Position numbers and translations under genes: made by a program
Part shown: in pieces, positions 50,287 through 61,700 of the stretch
Layout: every line of letters begins with the position of its first letter
Numbering within the stretch: the stretch's first letter is position 1
Assembly: GCA_964580215.1 (NCBI GenBank)
Contig: CAZOJT010000013.1
Location: 1,268 to 65,267, forward strand
Length of the DNA: 64,000 nt
Reading direction: 5' to 3'
From: an uncultured Ignavibacteria bacterium
GTDB taxonomy: Bacteria; Zixibacteria; MSB-5A5; SM1-73
The notes under the pieces: generated by a model
Databases searched by the model: none
Told to the model about the DNA's origin: nothing
What the model saw: only the letters and a program-made list of their open reading frames with translations

Positions 50287-51237
50287 TTATTTAAGCACTA
50301 TTCTGGTCCCAGCGGTCTTTTTCTTCACCGCATTATACGCTTCAGATATGGAAGTGATTATAACCTCTTTTCCTCCTGATTCTAAAAACTGTATGGCCGC
50401 TTCGATTTTGGGACCCATGCTTCCGGGAGGGAAATGCCTTTCTTTTTGATATTTTTTCGCCTCCTCCACAGTTAGTTTATCCAGATCAATCTGCAAAAGG
50501 GTGCCGAAATTTAAAGCCACTTTCTCCACCTCGGTTAAAATCAAAAGCAGTTCCGCCCCTATGTCCCGGGCTAAGACGGCGGAGGCCCTGTCTTTATCTA
50601 TGACCGCATCCATTCCCTCCAAAGCTCCGTTCTTCTTCATATAAACCGGTATTCCCCCACCACCTGCGGCAATTACGATTACCCCCTTCTCTACCAGATT
50701 CTTTACAGTTTTTTTTTCCACGATCTGCAGAGGAATGGGGGAAGGGACCACCCTTCTCCACATCTTAGCCCGGTCCTCCTTCACCATCCAACCTCTCTCC
50801 CGGGCAAGTTTCTTTGCTTCCTTTCTGGCATAGAATTGACCTATGAATTTTGTGGGCTCCTTTATGGAGGGATCATCCTTGTCCACTATTACCTGAGTGA
50901 CGATGGTGACCACGTCCCGCTTTATCCTTTCTTTTTCCAGCCGATTTTGAAGAGATTGTTCTATCATGTATCCCATTCCTCCTTCAGTATCTGCCACGCA
51001 GATGCCTAAAGGCAGAATGGGAGCTTTTCCTCTGGCAAGCTCCACCCGCAAGACGGCGTTTCCCACCTGAGGTCCATTGCCGTGGGTTATAGCCAGGTTA
51101 TAACCGTCCCGAATCAGCTCCACGATGCCACGCAAGCTCTCCCGGGTGTTGGCAAACTGTCGGGCAATGGTATCCTCTTCTCCTTTTTTGGTGATGGCAT
51201 TCCCTCCCAAAGCCACCACCGCAGTTCTCTTTCTCAT
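50287..51237 (-). CDS. arcC: Carbamate kinase
   Basis: MRKRTAVVALGGNAI and the amino-acid-kinase fold are present. Length is ~316 aa. Confidence 0.8.
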   Translation of the reverse strand: MRKRTAVVALGGNAITKKGEEDTIARQFANTRESLRGIVELIRDGYNLAITHGNGPQVGNAVLRVELARGKAPILPLGICVADTEGGMGYMIEQSLQNRLEKERIKRDVVTIVTQVIVDKDDPSIKEPTKFIGQFYARKEAKKLARERGWMVKEDRAKMWRRVVPSPIPLQIVEKKTVKNLVEKGVIVIAAGGGGIPVYMKKNGALEGMDAVIDKDRASAVLARDIGAELLLILTEVEKVALNFGTLLQIDLDKLTVEEAKKYQKERHFPPGSMGPKIEAAIQFLESGGKEVIITSISEAYNAVKKKTAGTRIVLK

Positions 51238-51286
51238 GTTAGAATAAAGACAAAATCAGCTTTAAAGGTCTCCTCAAAAGCGAAGC

Positions 51287-52612
51287 CTATCGTCTTTTTT
51301 CCAGAAATCTCTCTATTATCTCTTCCAGATCTGGTTTTCCGATCTCATCAAGTTCGTATCGCACTCTGACCGATGGTTTATTAATCTTAAGCAGTCGGGT
51401 TAAATCTATTGGTGTGCCTACGACAACCGAGTCGCAGGGGATGGCGTTTATGGTCTTTTGCAAATCCTTTATCTGCTTTTTACTGTAACCTAAAGCCGGA
51501 AGCAGGCTGCCAATCTCAGGATAGGCTTCGAAAGCCTTCCTTATCTCGCCTTTTACCCAGGGTCGGGGATCGATAATATCTTTAGCTCCAAACTTTTCTG
51601 CGGCTATCACCCCGGCACCATAGGTCATTCCTCCATGGGTTAAGGTGGGTCCGTCCTCCACCACCAGCACCCTTTTCCCTCGAATCCTTTCAGGATGATC
51701 CACGAAAATCGGAGAAGCCGCCTCAATCAAAATCGCCTCTGGATTGACTTCTCTCACATTGAATCGAACTTGTTCGATGTCCTCATAGTCAGCCGAGTCC
51801 ACCTTATTTATCAAAACCACATCCGCTAAGAGCAGATTGGTCCTTCCAGGAAAATAACAAAGCTCGTCTCCGGGTCGGTGAGGATCTACCACCGTTATGT
51901 GGAGATCAGGTTGGTAGAATGGGATGTCGTTGTTACCACCATCCCAAACAATCACCTCTGCTTCCTTTTCCGCCTCCTTGAGGATGACTCCGTAATCCAC
52001 CCCTGCATAAACCACCGTTCCCTGACGTATGTGAGGCTCATATTCCTCTCTCTCCTCTATGGTGCACTGATGCTTATCCATATCAGAAAGAGAGGCGAAG
52101 CGTTGACAGATCTGCTTGGTGAGGTTACCATAGGGCATGGGATGTCTGATAACCACCGGATCAATTCCCGCACTTTTCAAAAGTTGGCACACTTTTCGGG
52201 TGGTCTGGCTTTTCCCACTTCCGGTTCTGGTAGCACACACGGCAATAACCGGCCGTTTGGATTTAAGGGTAGTGTTCTGTTTGCCCAAAAGCTTGAAGTC
52301 TGCTCCCGCCGCCAAAACCATAGCACCCTTTTGCATCACGTATTGATAGGAGACATCACTGTATGAAAAAATTACCTCATCGATTTTGAATTTCTTTATC
52401 AGTTTGACCAGATCATCCTCTGAGAGGATCGGTATGCCTTTAGGATACAGCTTGCCAGCCAGCTTGCCAGGATACTTGCGACCATAGATATTAGGTATCT
52501 GAGTGGCGGTAAAGGCAATCACCTGATATTGAGGCTTGTCTCTGAACACTACATTGAAATTATGAAAATCCCGACCTGCCGCACCCATTATCAAAACTTT
52601 TTTCTTCTGCAT
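51287..52612 (-). CDS. P-loop GTPase-like protein with an N-terminal Rossmann domain (DUF1611 / cyclic-2,3-diphosphoglycerate-synthetase-like)
   Basis: Walker A ATRTGSGKSQTT and a G4-like NKVD are present. The family assignment is from memory only. Confidence 0.3.
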   Translation of the reverse strand: MQKKKVLIMGAAGRDFHNFNVVFRDKPQYQVIAFTATQIPNIYGRKYPGKLAGKLYPKGIPILSEDDLVKLIKKFKIDEVIFSYSDVSYQYVMQKGAMVLAAGADFKLLGKQNTTLKSKRPVIAVCATRTGSGKSQTTRKVCQLLKSAGIDPVVIRHPMPYGNLTKQICQRFASLSDMDKHQCTIEEREEYEPHIRQGTVVYAGVDYGVILKEAEKEAEVIVWDGGNNDIPFYQPDLHITVVDPHRPGDELCYFPGRTNLLLADVVLINKVDSADYEDIEQVRFNVREVNPEAILIEAASPIFVDHPERIRGKRVLVVEDGPTLTHGGMTYGAGVIAAEKFGAKDIIDPRPWVKGEIRKAFEAYPEIGSLLPALGYSKKQIKDLQKTINAIPCDSVVVGTPIDLTRLLKINKPSVRVRYELDEIGKPDLEEIIERFLEKRR

Positions 52613-52630
52613 AAAGCTTCCTTGGTTTGA

Positions 52631-52826
52631 ATATTAATACGAATGCATTTGCATATGCTCGTCCCGCAAAGTGCGGAACGCACATTCATACGAATCGAAG
52701 ATGCATACGCATATTTCTGATACGAAACTGCCCCCTCTCCCTATCCCTCTCCCCCGTGGAGAGAGGGGAAGGGTGAGGGGAAATCAAATAGAATGTAACA
52801 AACTCGTATGAGTGCATACGCATTGT
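52631..52826. repeat. Cluster of dispersed palindromic repeats (catacgaa / gcatacgc family, ccctctccc…gggagaggg family)
   Basis: Read directly from the sequence. Several repeat families co-occur in the 52.6-53.3 kb spacer. Confidence 0.7.
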
Positions 52827-53265
52827 CAACTTATTTGCTACGATCCTAAATGATGAATCTTGGGTTCTAAACCGTCATGTCATTGCGAACGAACACAGTG
52901 TGCGTGGCAATCTCTCTGTTTTCAAATGCACTTGTGTTTGTGTCAGGACCTCAGTAATCCTGACACCTTCTAAAAGATGCCCAACAGATGAAACAGATTA
53001 AGCAGATGATCTTTTTATCTGTTTAATCTGTTGGGAATTTTTGTATTGCGTCAGGAGTAGAGCTCCTGACGCAACTATTCAAATACTGTTTCATATTCCT
53101 TATATCCAAGAGATTGCTTCGTCCCACCTTTGGCGGGACTCGCAACGACAAGCATGGTTGTGTTTTCCCGATTGAACCTAAATGCTGGCGGGCGTCCATA
53201 AGGACGCCCACCAGTTTGTCGTAACGTGTTTGTGCGAACTACTGCACCTTGAGGTCGGAAAGAAG

Positions 53266-54762
53266 TTATGGCATTATGTCGTCGATCTGAGCCTTCTGCA
53301 ACTTTCCGCTGAAGTCCACATAGATTGCTTTCCATTCGGAGAAGACATCCAGTGCCGCAGTCCCAGCCTCACGATGTCCATTTCCAGTTTGGTTGGTGCC
53401 ACCGAAGGGAAGATGAACCTCGGCTCCAATGGTGGAAGCATTGATGTAGAAGATTCCGGTATAGGCATCTCTCATGGCCACGAAAGCCCGGTTCACATCC
53501 TGAGTATAAACCGAGGAGGAAAGCCCATAGATGGTGCCGTTGTTTATCTCGATGGCATGCTCCAAGCTGTCGCATGGGATGATGGCTACCACAGGACCGA
53601 ATATCTCCTCCTGCGCAATTCTCATCTGCGGATCCACATCTCCGAAGATGGTGGGCTCATGAAAATATCCGTGAGCATAGTCGCCGGAAGTCAGCCGATT
53701 TCCGCCGCAAAGAAGTTTTGCCTCACCTTTGCCGATCTCCACATACTTCATCACCGTCTTAAGCTGATCCTCGCTTATTGATGGCCCCATTTCCACGCTC
53801 GGGTCCAGGCCATTGCCTATCTTCAAAGCTTTGGCACGTGCCACAAATTTGTCGGTGAACTCCTTTATCACCTTTTTGTGCACAATCACCCTGGATGCGG
53901 CGGTGCATCTCTGACCGGTGGTGCCGAACCCTCCCCAGATGGCGCCTTCCACTGCTAGATCGATCTTGGCATCATCCATCACCATGATGGCATTCTTTCC
54001 TCCCATCTCCATGTTGGTATGTTTGAAGCTGGGAGCACATGCTTCAGAGACCAATTTTCCCACCGCGGTGGAGCCGGTGAAGGAGACCAGCTTTACATCA
54101 TCCGATTTCATCAAGGGCGTACCTACTTTTCCTCCTGATCCGGTGACGAAATTAACCACCCCTTTGGGAATTCCCGCCTCTTCGCAGGCTTTCACTAGAT
54201 TTAAAGCGGAAAGCGGAGTATAGGAAGCCGGCTTAAATACCACCGTGTTCCCGCAGACCAAAGCTGGCAACAGTTTCCAGGAGGGGATAGCCATGGGGAA
54301 GTTCCAGGGTGTGATCAGAGTGCAAACTCCCATGGGCATTCGCACCGACATCATGAATTTGTTGGGCAACTCCGAGGGAGTGGTCTGTCCGAACTGCCTT
54401 CTTCCTTCGCCTGCCATATAGTAGCTCATGTCAATGGCTTCTTGAATATCACCTCGGGTCTCCTTCAAGACTTTCCCCATCTCCTGGGTCATCTGGCGGG
54501 CCCAATCCTCTTTCCTTTTTACCAAAATTTCTGCCATCTTAAAGAGGATTTCGCCTCTTCTCGGAGCTGGGACCAGTCTCCATTTCTTATAAGCCTCCTT
54601 GGCCGCATCAATTGCCCGCTTCACATCCTCCTCATTGGAGGCTTGAAAGAGTCCCAGAAGCTCACGGGTGTCTGCTGGATTTCGGTTCTCAAAGGTTTTC
54701 TTGGTGACCGAATCCACCCATTCGCCGTTTATGAAGTTTTTGTAAACCTTTGCGTCTGCCAT
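53266..54762 (-). CDS. NAD(P)+-dependent aldehyde dehydrogenase
   Basis: The EMGGKNA motif, catalytic Cys (GQRCTAASR) and ~498-aa length fit this family. Confidence 0.9.
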   Translation of the reverse strand: MADAKVYKNFINGEWVDSVTKKTFENRNPADTRELLGLFQASNEEDVKRAIDAAKEAYKKWRLVPAPRRGEILFKMAEILVKRKEDWARQMTQEMGKVLKETRGDIQEAIDMSYYMAGEGRRQFGQTTPSELPNKFMMSVRMPMGVCTLITPWNFPMAIPSWKLLPALVCGNTVVFKPASYTPLSALNLVKACEEAGIPKGVVNFVTGSGGKVGTPLMKSDDVKLVSFTGSTAVGKLVSEACAPSFKHTNMEMGGKNAIMVMDDAKIDLAVEGAIWGGFGTTGQRCTAASRVIVHKKVIKEFTDKFVARAKALKIGNGLDPSVEMGPSISEDQLKTVMKYVEIGKGEAKLLCGGNRLTSGDYAHGYFHEPTIFGDVDPQMRIAQEEIFGPVVAIIPCDSLEHAIEINNGTIYGLSSSVYTQDVNRAFVAMRDAYTGIFYINASTIGAEVHLPFGGTNQTGNGHREAGTAALDVFSEWKAIYVDFSGKLQKAQIDDIMP

Positions 54763-54934
54763 AAAACCTCCTCAAAATAATGCGTGAGTGTTAATGTTTG
54801 CTCTGCTTTTCTACCTTCATAACAATCCTACCATGTATTGATTTCTTTTGACCAAAATCCCAGCTTTTTTGCACGCAGATTCCTTTTTGCAAAAAGCAAA
54901 ATATAAATCTTGTGCCTTAAATTGTCAACTGTTT

Positions 54935-54965
54935 TTTGACACTTTGTCAACGCAAATTAAAAATG
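54935..54965. promoter_or_regulatory. Direct-repeat TTGTCAAC-N9-TTGACA-N3-TTGTCAAC upstream of the ALDH gene (candidate operator)
   Basis: ttgtcaactgttttttgacactttgtcaacg was read directly. It is ~180 bp upstream of the ALDH start on the minus strand. Confidence 0.25.
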
Positions 54966-55098
54966 TCAGGTGCGAAGCATTCATACGATTTTTTTGCAAA
55001 TTTAAAATGTCAGTAATTTATGGTTACAATTTCTGTTTCCTTTTGTCCGATAACAGAGCTAAAGGATTTGATCCTCTTCTTTGATATCGGTTTATGTT

Positions 55099-56312
55099 TT
55101 AGCCTTTTGCCTTGATAGAAGATGTTGAGGCGACCATCCAGACATTCATGTACCTCCACCTTGGCCTTGCAGTAGCTTGGGCGGCTTGTATGAGTGCATA
55201 CGCATATTCATTGGGCAGGATCTGAAAAACCTTTCCATTGTAACTTATGGTATTATCCCCAGAAACAGTTCTTTCTTCTTTTAAGCAGAAGATGTCCTTT
55301 AACTTCAACCCCTTAGGTAAGGGTCTATAGGCAGAATCAGGCTCTTTGGCAGAACGTGAAAACATCCGATTGTGCTTTGGAATAAATTGTTCTTTTAGAT
55401 AGCGATTGGCTTCCTCTAAGCTAGAGATATTATGGAGTCTGAGCTCCGAACCCCGCCAAAGGCGGGGGAACACTCCAAACTTTCTCTCAATCCTTCCCTT
55501 GACCTGCGGAGAATAAGCATAGATCATCCTTACTCCTAATTCCTCTAAAGCCCTGGCAAACTGAGTGGTCCCGCCATAGGCGGGATAAGTTAATACTCCA
55601 TACTCTGGTAACGGGTGGTCTTAAAGTTAGAACCACGATCCACATACACACTCAAGGGAATCCCTCTTTTCCGAACAATATCCCTAAATACTCCCATGTT
55701 CTGTTTTATCCCATCAGTTAACACAAATCCTATGGACTCAATTTCGAGCTTGGCTCCCGCTACCTTGCCGGTACTATCATCTACACCTCCAATCAGATAA
55801 AGCCTGGGACCTCTCCCTTCTAACCAATCATGATCGGAGGTGTCAAATTGAACCATCTGACCCTCCCTCGCAGAAGGTTCTCTCCACCGCCTATGCTTAG
55901 GATATCTCCTCTTTTTGACATAAGACTCTTTCCCCAATAAAATCTGCCTCACCGATTCCCTCGAAACCTTTGCGAAGCTCGTATGAGTGCATACGCACAT
56001 TCATACGAATATCCCTTCCTCCTGATTCAAATACTCCGTCATGTGAGTCAGGTTGAAACCTCTATATTTACTCCTATAAAAATGGTCTATCTTATCCCTG
56101 ATCTTCTCCGTAAGCCAACGCGGAGCTTTCTTACCTTTACTTTTATGGATTATCCCTCCCATTCCCTCCTTCTCCACCCGCGCCTTTATCCGATATACCT
56201 GCCGCTCGCTTAATCCTAATATCTCTCCAGCCTCTTTAATCCTAAGATACCCACCTTCTACCTCCGATATTATTTTATACCTCCCCGCCTCTTGCATAGT
56301 CAGGTTTAACAC
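55099..56312 (-). mobile_element. IS481/retroviral-integrase-type (rve DDE) transposase gene split into three ORFs by repeat insertions
   Basis: An N-terminal HTH ORF, a DDE core (QFDTSDHDW…) and a C-terminal SPQVKGRIERKFG are present. The palindromic repeat ctcgtatgagtgcatacgcacattcatacgaa sits at the HTH/core junction (55974-56012). A cccgccataggcggg hairpin lies at the core/C-terminus junction (55563-55580). Another repeat is at 55178-55205. Confidence 0.55.
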
Positions 56313-56500
56313 TCTTCATCCCTATGGATGATTATAACCTGACATTTTCTATTTGCAAACTACTGACATTATTATATTGCGAAGACAGAAAAAAACTTAA
56401 ACCTCTCAAAAACTCCTTGACTTTATTAGTTTTTCAGTTAAGTTAAAAGCGAGCATGATGGTCTAACAGTAGATGAATTCTGTCATTATCAAAGGAGGAT

Positions 56501-57730
56501 ATGGTGAGTCTGAACTGGATTTTTTCTGTCAGGGCGCATGAGATGAAAAGCTCCATCATCCGTGAGATATTGAAAATAACTCAAAGACCTGATGTGATCT
56601 CCTTTGCCGGGGGGTTGCCTGCACCCGAGCTTTTCCCTATCGAACCGTTGAAAAAAGCATGTGAGAAGGTTCTGGATAATTATGGATCTGAAGCTTTACA
56701 GTACAGTCTTACCAGGGGAGTGCTGCCCTTACGCCAGATTCTGGCGGAGAGGCTCTCCCAAAAAGGGACGGCTCTCACTGAGGAAAACATTTTCATCACC
56801 GGAGGCTCACAACAGGCATTGGATCTGGCGGGGAGGGTTTTTCTGGATAAGGGAAGTGTGGTGATCTGTGAAAGCCCCACCTATCTGGGAGCAATCCAGG
56901 CGTTTAATGCTTACAATCCCCAATATATTACCGTGGATATGGATAAGGAGGGGATGCTTGTAGACCAACTGGAGGAGAATATAAAGAAATACAAGCCACG
57001 ATTTATCTACGTGGTCTCCAATTTCCAAAATCCATCCGGCGTAACCTTAAACTATGAAAGAAGAAAACATCTGGTCAAGCTGGCTGAAGAATACTATATC
57101 CCCATCATAGATGATAATCCCTATGGGGATTTGAGATATGTAGGAGAGGACGTTCCTTCACTCAAAAGTCTCGGTGGTGATCTAGTAATCGAGTTGGGGA
57201 CCTGTTCTAAGATTGTGTCACCAGGCCTGAGAATTGGATGGGTGGTTGCCTCCACCGAAGTGCTGGCCATGTTCGAACGGATGAAACAGGGAGCTGACCT
57301 GCACACTAACACCTTCGCTCAGTATGTGTTCTACGAATATATAAAGGATGGAAACTTGGACCGCCATATCCAGGAGATCAAAGACGCTTACAGTGAAAGA
57401 AGGGATGTGATGATCAAAGCACTGAAGGAGCATTTCCCTGAAAATGTGAAATGGATTGAGCCAGGGGGAGGACTCTTCCTTTGGGTGGAATTGCCCCAGG
57501 AGGTCTCCGCCACCAAACTGCTGGACGAGGCAGTTAAGCAGAAGGTGGCTTATGTTCCCGGCAAGCCTTTTTATCCTTATGAAGATAAAGATAACACTTT
57601 GCGACTGAACTTCTCCAATGCCAGCCCGGAGATGATCCAGGAAGGGATAAAGAGATTGGGCAAGGTTTTTCGGGAGAACGTCAAAACTCTCACTCTGAAG
57701 AAGGAAAAGACCAAACAAAAAGCAGGTTAA
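56501..57730 (+). CDS. PLP-dependent class I aminotransferase (AspC/LysN-like)
   Basis: The N-terminus …SSIIREILKITQRPDVISFAGGLPAPELFP and a PLP lysine in the TCSKIVSPGLRIGW region are present. Confidence 0.75.
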   Translation: MVSLNWIFSVRAHEMKSSIIREILKITQRPDVISFAGGLPAPELFPIEPLKKACEKVLDNYGSEALQYSLTRGVLPLRQILAERLSQKGTALTEENIFITGGSQQALDLAGRVFLDKGSVVICESPTYLGAIQAFNAYNPQYITVDMDKEGMLVDQLEENIKKYKPRFIYVVSNFQNPSGVTLNYERRKHLVKLAEEYYIPIIDDNPYGDLRYVGEDVPSLKSLGGDLVIELGTCSKIVSPGLRIGWVVASTEVLAMFERMKQGADLHTNTFAQYVFYEYIKDGNLDRHIQEIKDAYSERRDVMIKALKEHFPENVKWIEPGGGLFLWVELPQEVSATKLLDEAVKQKVAYVPGKPFYPYEDKDNTLRLNFSNASPEMIQEGIKRLGKVFRENVKTLTLKKEKTKQKAG

Positions 57731-58123
57731 AGATATATTTCCATCCTAATAGGGGCTACTCTTCTAACTGAGTAGCTCCTGCCTGATCGAATTTTTCAGC
57801 CCCATTTCCCCTCAAATTGGACAAAAAAATCAGTTCTTCCCACATTTTTTTATTCTCCAAAGCTAACTCATTCCTGATTAAAGGGTTAAACTGAACCATA
57901 TAGGATAGGTTTTATCCTGATTTTTTAATGTTTTTCTTAAGTATTATAATTATATTAAAATTGAGAAGATAAAGAGCTTAGAGGCTGATTGAGAAAAAAG
58001 TCTTTAAGGTTAGAGTTGAGCAAAAGTTTGGTGTTTTAGTTAAGGTATTCCTAAGTAAGGATATAGCTGGGCAAGATGCTGAGTTTACCCGGGGCGTGAA
58101 CTACCTGAATTATCTAGGGCAAG

Positions 58124-58163
58124 GCAACTCCAGAACCTAACTTAAGTTAGGTTCTGGAGTTGC
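58124..58163. other. Perfect 18-bp-stem hairpin (gcaactccagaacctaac-ttaa-gttaggttctggagttgc)
   Basis: Read directly from the sequence. It is not followed by a T-tract. Confidence 0.6.
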
Positions 58164-58720
58164 AATATGATGTTTCGCACCGGTGGAAGCGACCGATGGT
58201 GGGGATACCAGGGTTTTATCCCGTTTTTGGGGGCGCACCTGTCCGAATTCTGGATCCTGCGGATGAGTTGGCGGGCGTCTCGACTCCAACAAAAACAAAT
58301 TAAACCCTTGAACTTTTGAACCCTAAGAATGACTTCTTGAGAAGTGCGGGATTTGAATCTGCTGTTGCGAACTCCTTGATTTTTTACTTGGCAAAGAAGG
58401 TAAATGAATTATTTTACTTTTTGGAAGAGGAAAGATTCTTTTTTCATCTGAGTTGGAAAAATGGCAGAGCACTTCTTTTCAATCCCAAGAAGGATAGTCT
58501 AACAATTTTTGAATTTGTGATCACCCGGAGTTCGGGAGGAAAGAGATTTTCGCTTCGAGAGTATCCAGTGTAGTTCAGTCTTTTGGCTTTAAAAAAAGAG
58601 TATCTTAAGAGATGTTAAGTAAAACAAACTTTACCCGATCTAAAAAAGGAGGTGATCTTTTAAAGAATTCATTAGATTTAAAACCTATGTTCTTAAACGT
58701 TCAGATTAGGAGGAAAGAAG

Positions 58721-61700
58721 ATGTCAAAGAAAACAGTAATAGTTCTGGTTCTGTCATTTGCTTTGATTCTACTGATGGTATCCTCTATAGCTATAACGGC
58801 ATATACAACGGATAAGCAATGTGACTGGCAGCCGGGCGATCCTCACAAGATGCACTACCCGCAGTTGCCGGATGAGGATGGCTGGGACGTGAATGCGACC
58901 CAACCTTTGGTCTTAGCAGACGACTGGCAATGTTCGGATTCAGGCTGGGTCAAGGACATCCATTTCTGGGGTTCGTGGAAGAATGGCCTCGAGGGAACGA
59001 TTGTTGGCTTCTGGCTCAGTATCCACTCCAATATCCCTGAAGATCCGCCTTACATTCCCTACAGCAGGCCAGGCGAGACGCTGTGGGAGTTGTACGTTGA
59101 GGATTTCGACTTTACTCCGATCGATCCACCTACCATGGAAGGGTGGTATGATCCTTCCACCGGCGAGGTCATCCCGAACGATCATCAGGCCTACTTCCAG
59201 TACAACATCTGTCTCCACGAACCAGACTGGTTCTGCCAGTACCAGGACACCATCTACTGGTTGAATATCTCTGCAGTGGTTGAGGGTCCTGTCGGAACCC
59301 AGTGGGGCTGGAAGAACTCCGAGGATCACTTTCTGGATGACGCGGTCTGGGCTTTTTGGGGCGAGCTGAACTGGATCGACATTTGGGAACCGTCAACGCC
59401 ACTGTCCAACTTGTTCTGGGTGGCGGTCGACCCGGGTGGGATGCTCGATCCCGGGATGAGTGGTGGAACCAGCTACTTCGATGATGGTACCTCAATCAAT
59501 GGCTGGTACTACTACGAGGACACCGGATGGTGGAATATCTGGTTCTACGATCACCCATTTGATTCCTTGCGCATGAAGGAGGCACACATCGAGTTTGATC
59601 TGTTTGAATACATGACAGGTGAGCCTTCCTGGTTCACCTTTGCTGTCAACTGGTCAACCGACGTGTGGTCCATCGAACAACCCCCTGGCGACAGCATGCC
59701 GCCTCTGCCGGGAGTCTCTCCGGAGGAGCTCTACATTGGTCGCGAGATTCTCTACGATGGTCCGGTTGATCCCGGTCATTATGTCTTTGACTGGGAGTGG
59801 CCTGACTATAACCCAGAGTGGGTCTCCATCGACGTCATGGGTTACAACTTCGTGATCCCCGAAGGAATGGGGTGGATCGAACACGACTGCCGAGGTTCGC
59901 TCGACTTGGCGTTTGTGATCACCGGAGGACCAGAATGTGAGCCAAGCATCGATGTGGAGAAAAAAGTGTGGGATGAGACGCAAGGAGGCTGGGTTGACTC
60001 TACAGACATAGACGTATGCACAGATGCCCAATTTCTCATCACCATCCATAACGATGGAACCTGCTGTGACTTGACCAACATCTATGTTTACGACTTCATG
60101 GACTCGAGCTTGGAATTCCTGGATGCGGTCCCGCCTCCAGATACGGTAAGGTTGGTTCCGGGAGGCACAGGGCTGATCTGGTTAGACCCTGGACCATTAC
60201 CACCTTGCAACACGATTGACATCACGGTCACCGCGCATGTGGTTGGACCAGCTTGCCACCTCGATTCAAACTATGTATGGGCACAGGGCGACTGTGAAGA
60301 ACAGGCTGTGGGTGTATACGATGAAGACGTCGCATACGTGCATGCCACCGAGCCTCCATGGCCCAACCACAAGATGCACTACCCGCAACTGCCAGATCCA
60401 AATGGCTGGGACGTTGTGGCGACCATGGGGCATGATCTCCATCCGGGGATAGTGGTAGCAGATGACTTCATGTGTTCAAAATCACTCCCCATCACAGATA
60501 TTCACTTCTGGGGTTCATGGCTGTACGACGTAGAGGCACCTATTTTTGGCTTCTTCCTATCTATCCATGACAACGTCATTGGACCTCCGAGCCATCCAGG
60601 CGAGGAGCTGTGGTCAGCCTACATCACAGACTACGAAATGGTCCCGGAAGGTGAGGGTCCGCAAGGATGGTATGATCCGTTTGAGGGATGGTATGAGCAA
60701 TCCAACCACATCATGTATTACCGATACGACATAGACAGCATCCCGGAGCCATTCTACCAGGATAGTGGGACCATTTACTGGCTGAACATCATAGCCGACA
60801 TTGGTCCACCAGGGTATCAGGGATTTCCTGAGCCGCCGTTATGGGGTTGGAAGACCTCATTGGATCATTGGATGGATGATGCGGTGTGGTCCGTGTTTAT
60901 GCCGCCTTATGCGTGGACTCCGCTGTACGACCCGATAACCGGAGAGACGCTTGACATGGCGTTTGTGATCACCGGGGAGGCTCCTTGCGACCCACCAAAT
61001 ATCAACTGCCCGAGTGATGAGACCCAGAACCAGAACGGCGTTTATACCACCATCACCCAGTGGACCGCAGACGATGGAAATCCGGGTGATCCCAATGTTT
61101 GGTTAACCAGTGTTACGGTTCGGCCGCCCCTGCCACCTGGAATCTCAGTTGCCGTCGTGAATGTCGATCCACCCGGTCTTCCCGCAAAGACAGCAACCGG
61201 GACGGTTACCTATACCGTGGCCAATCACTGCCAAGCTGGTGGTCCCATAATCCTGATGGCTAAAAACAACTGTCCACCACCAAACACGGCTACATGCTCA
61301 TTCGACGTGATTTTGACCAACGACCCGCCTGCTATCACCCAGCCCGATTCCCTCGAAGGCGTTGTGAACGATGTTGTGCAGTATGACATCACCGGCAACG
61401 ATCCGGACGGAGACGTTATTGAGGACCAAGCCTCCATACGCATTGAGCCCGACTGTGGCAACTACTCAATAACCAGAACTGCAGGATCTGGAACTCCTAC
61501 AGGCACCTGGCAGATCACTTGGGACACTTTTGGTTGCACAGCTTGCCAGACCTACCTGGTTATCCACGATCTGACTGATGGTTGCGATACCTCCTGGTGC
61601 ACCACCAAGGTGCATCTCTCTGAGCCGGTGGGATGGTGCTGGAAGGATTCATTCCCGGATTATGCTCCCAACGGCATGCCAGACATCGACCAGAGGCAGG

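Noticed and set aside
53182-53781. 199-aa plus-strand ORF
   Set aside because: It is antisense to the aldehyde dehydrogenase CDS. The same applies to 53918-54223 and 54442-54780.
58300-58390. tRNA-like fragment (gggatttgaatc / gggttcaaaagttcaaggg)
   Set aside because: The reverse complement resembles a T-arm, but the T-stem is not complementary and no cloverleaf can be drawn. It is probably chance similarity or a decayed remnant.
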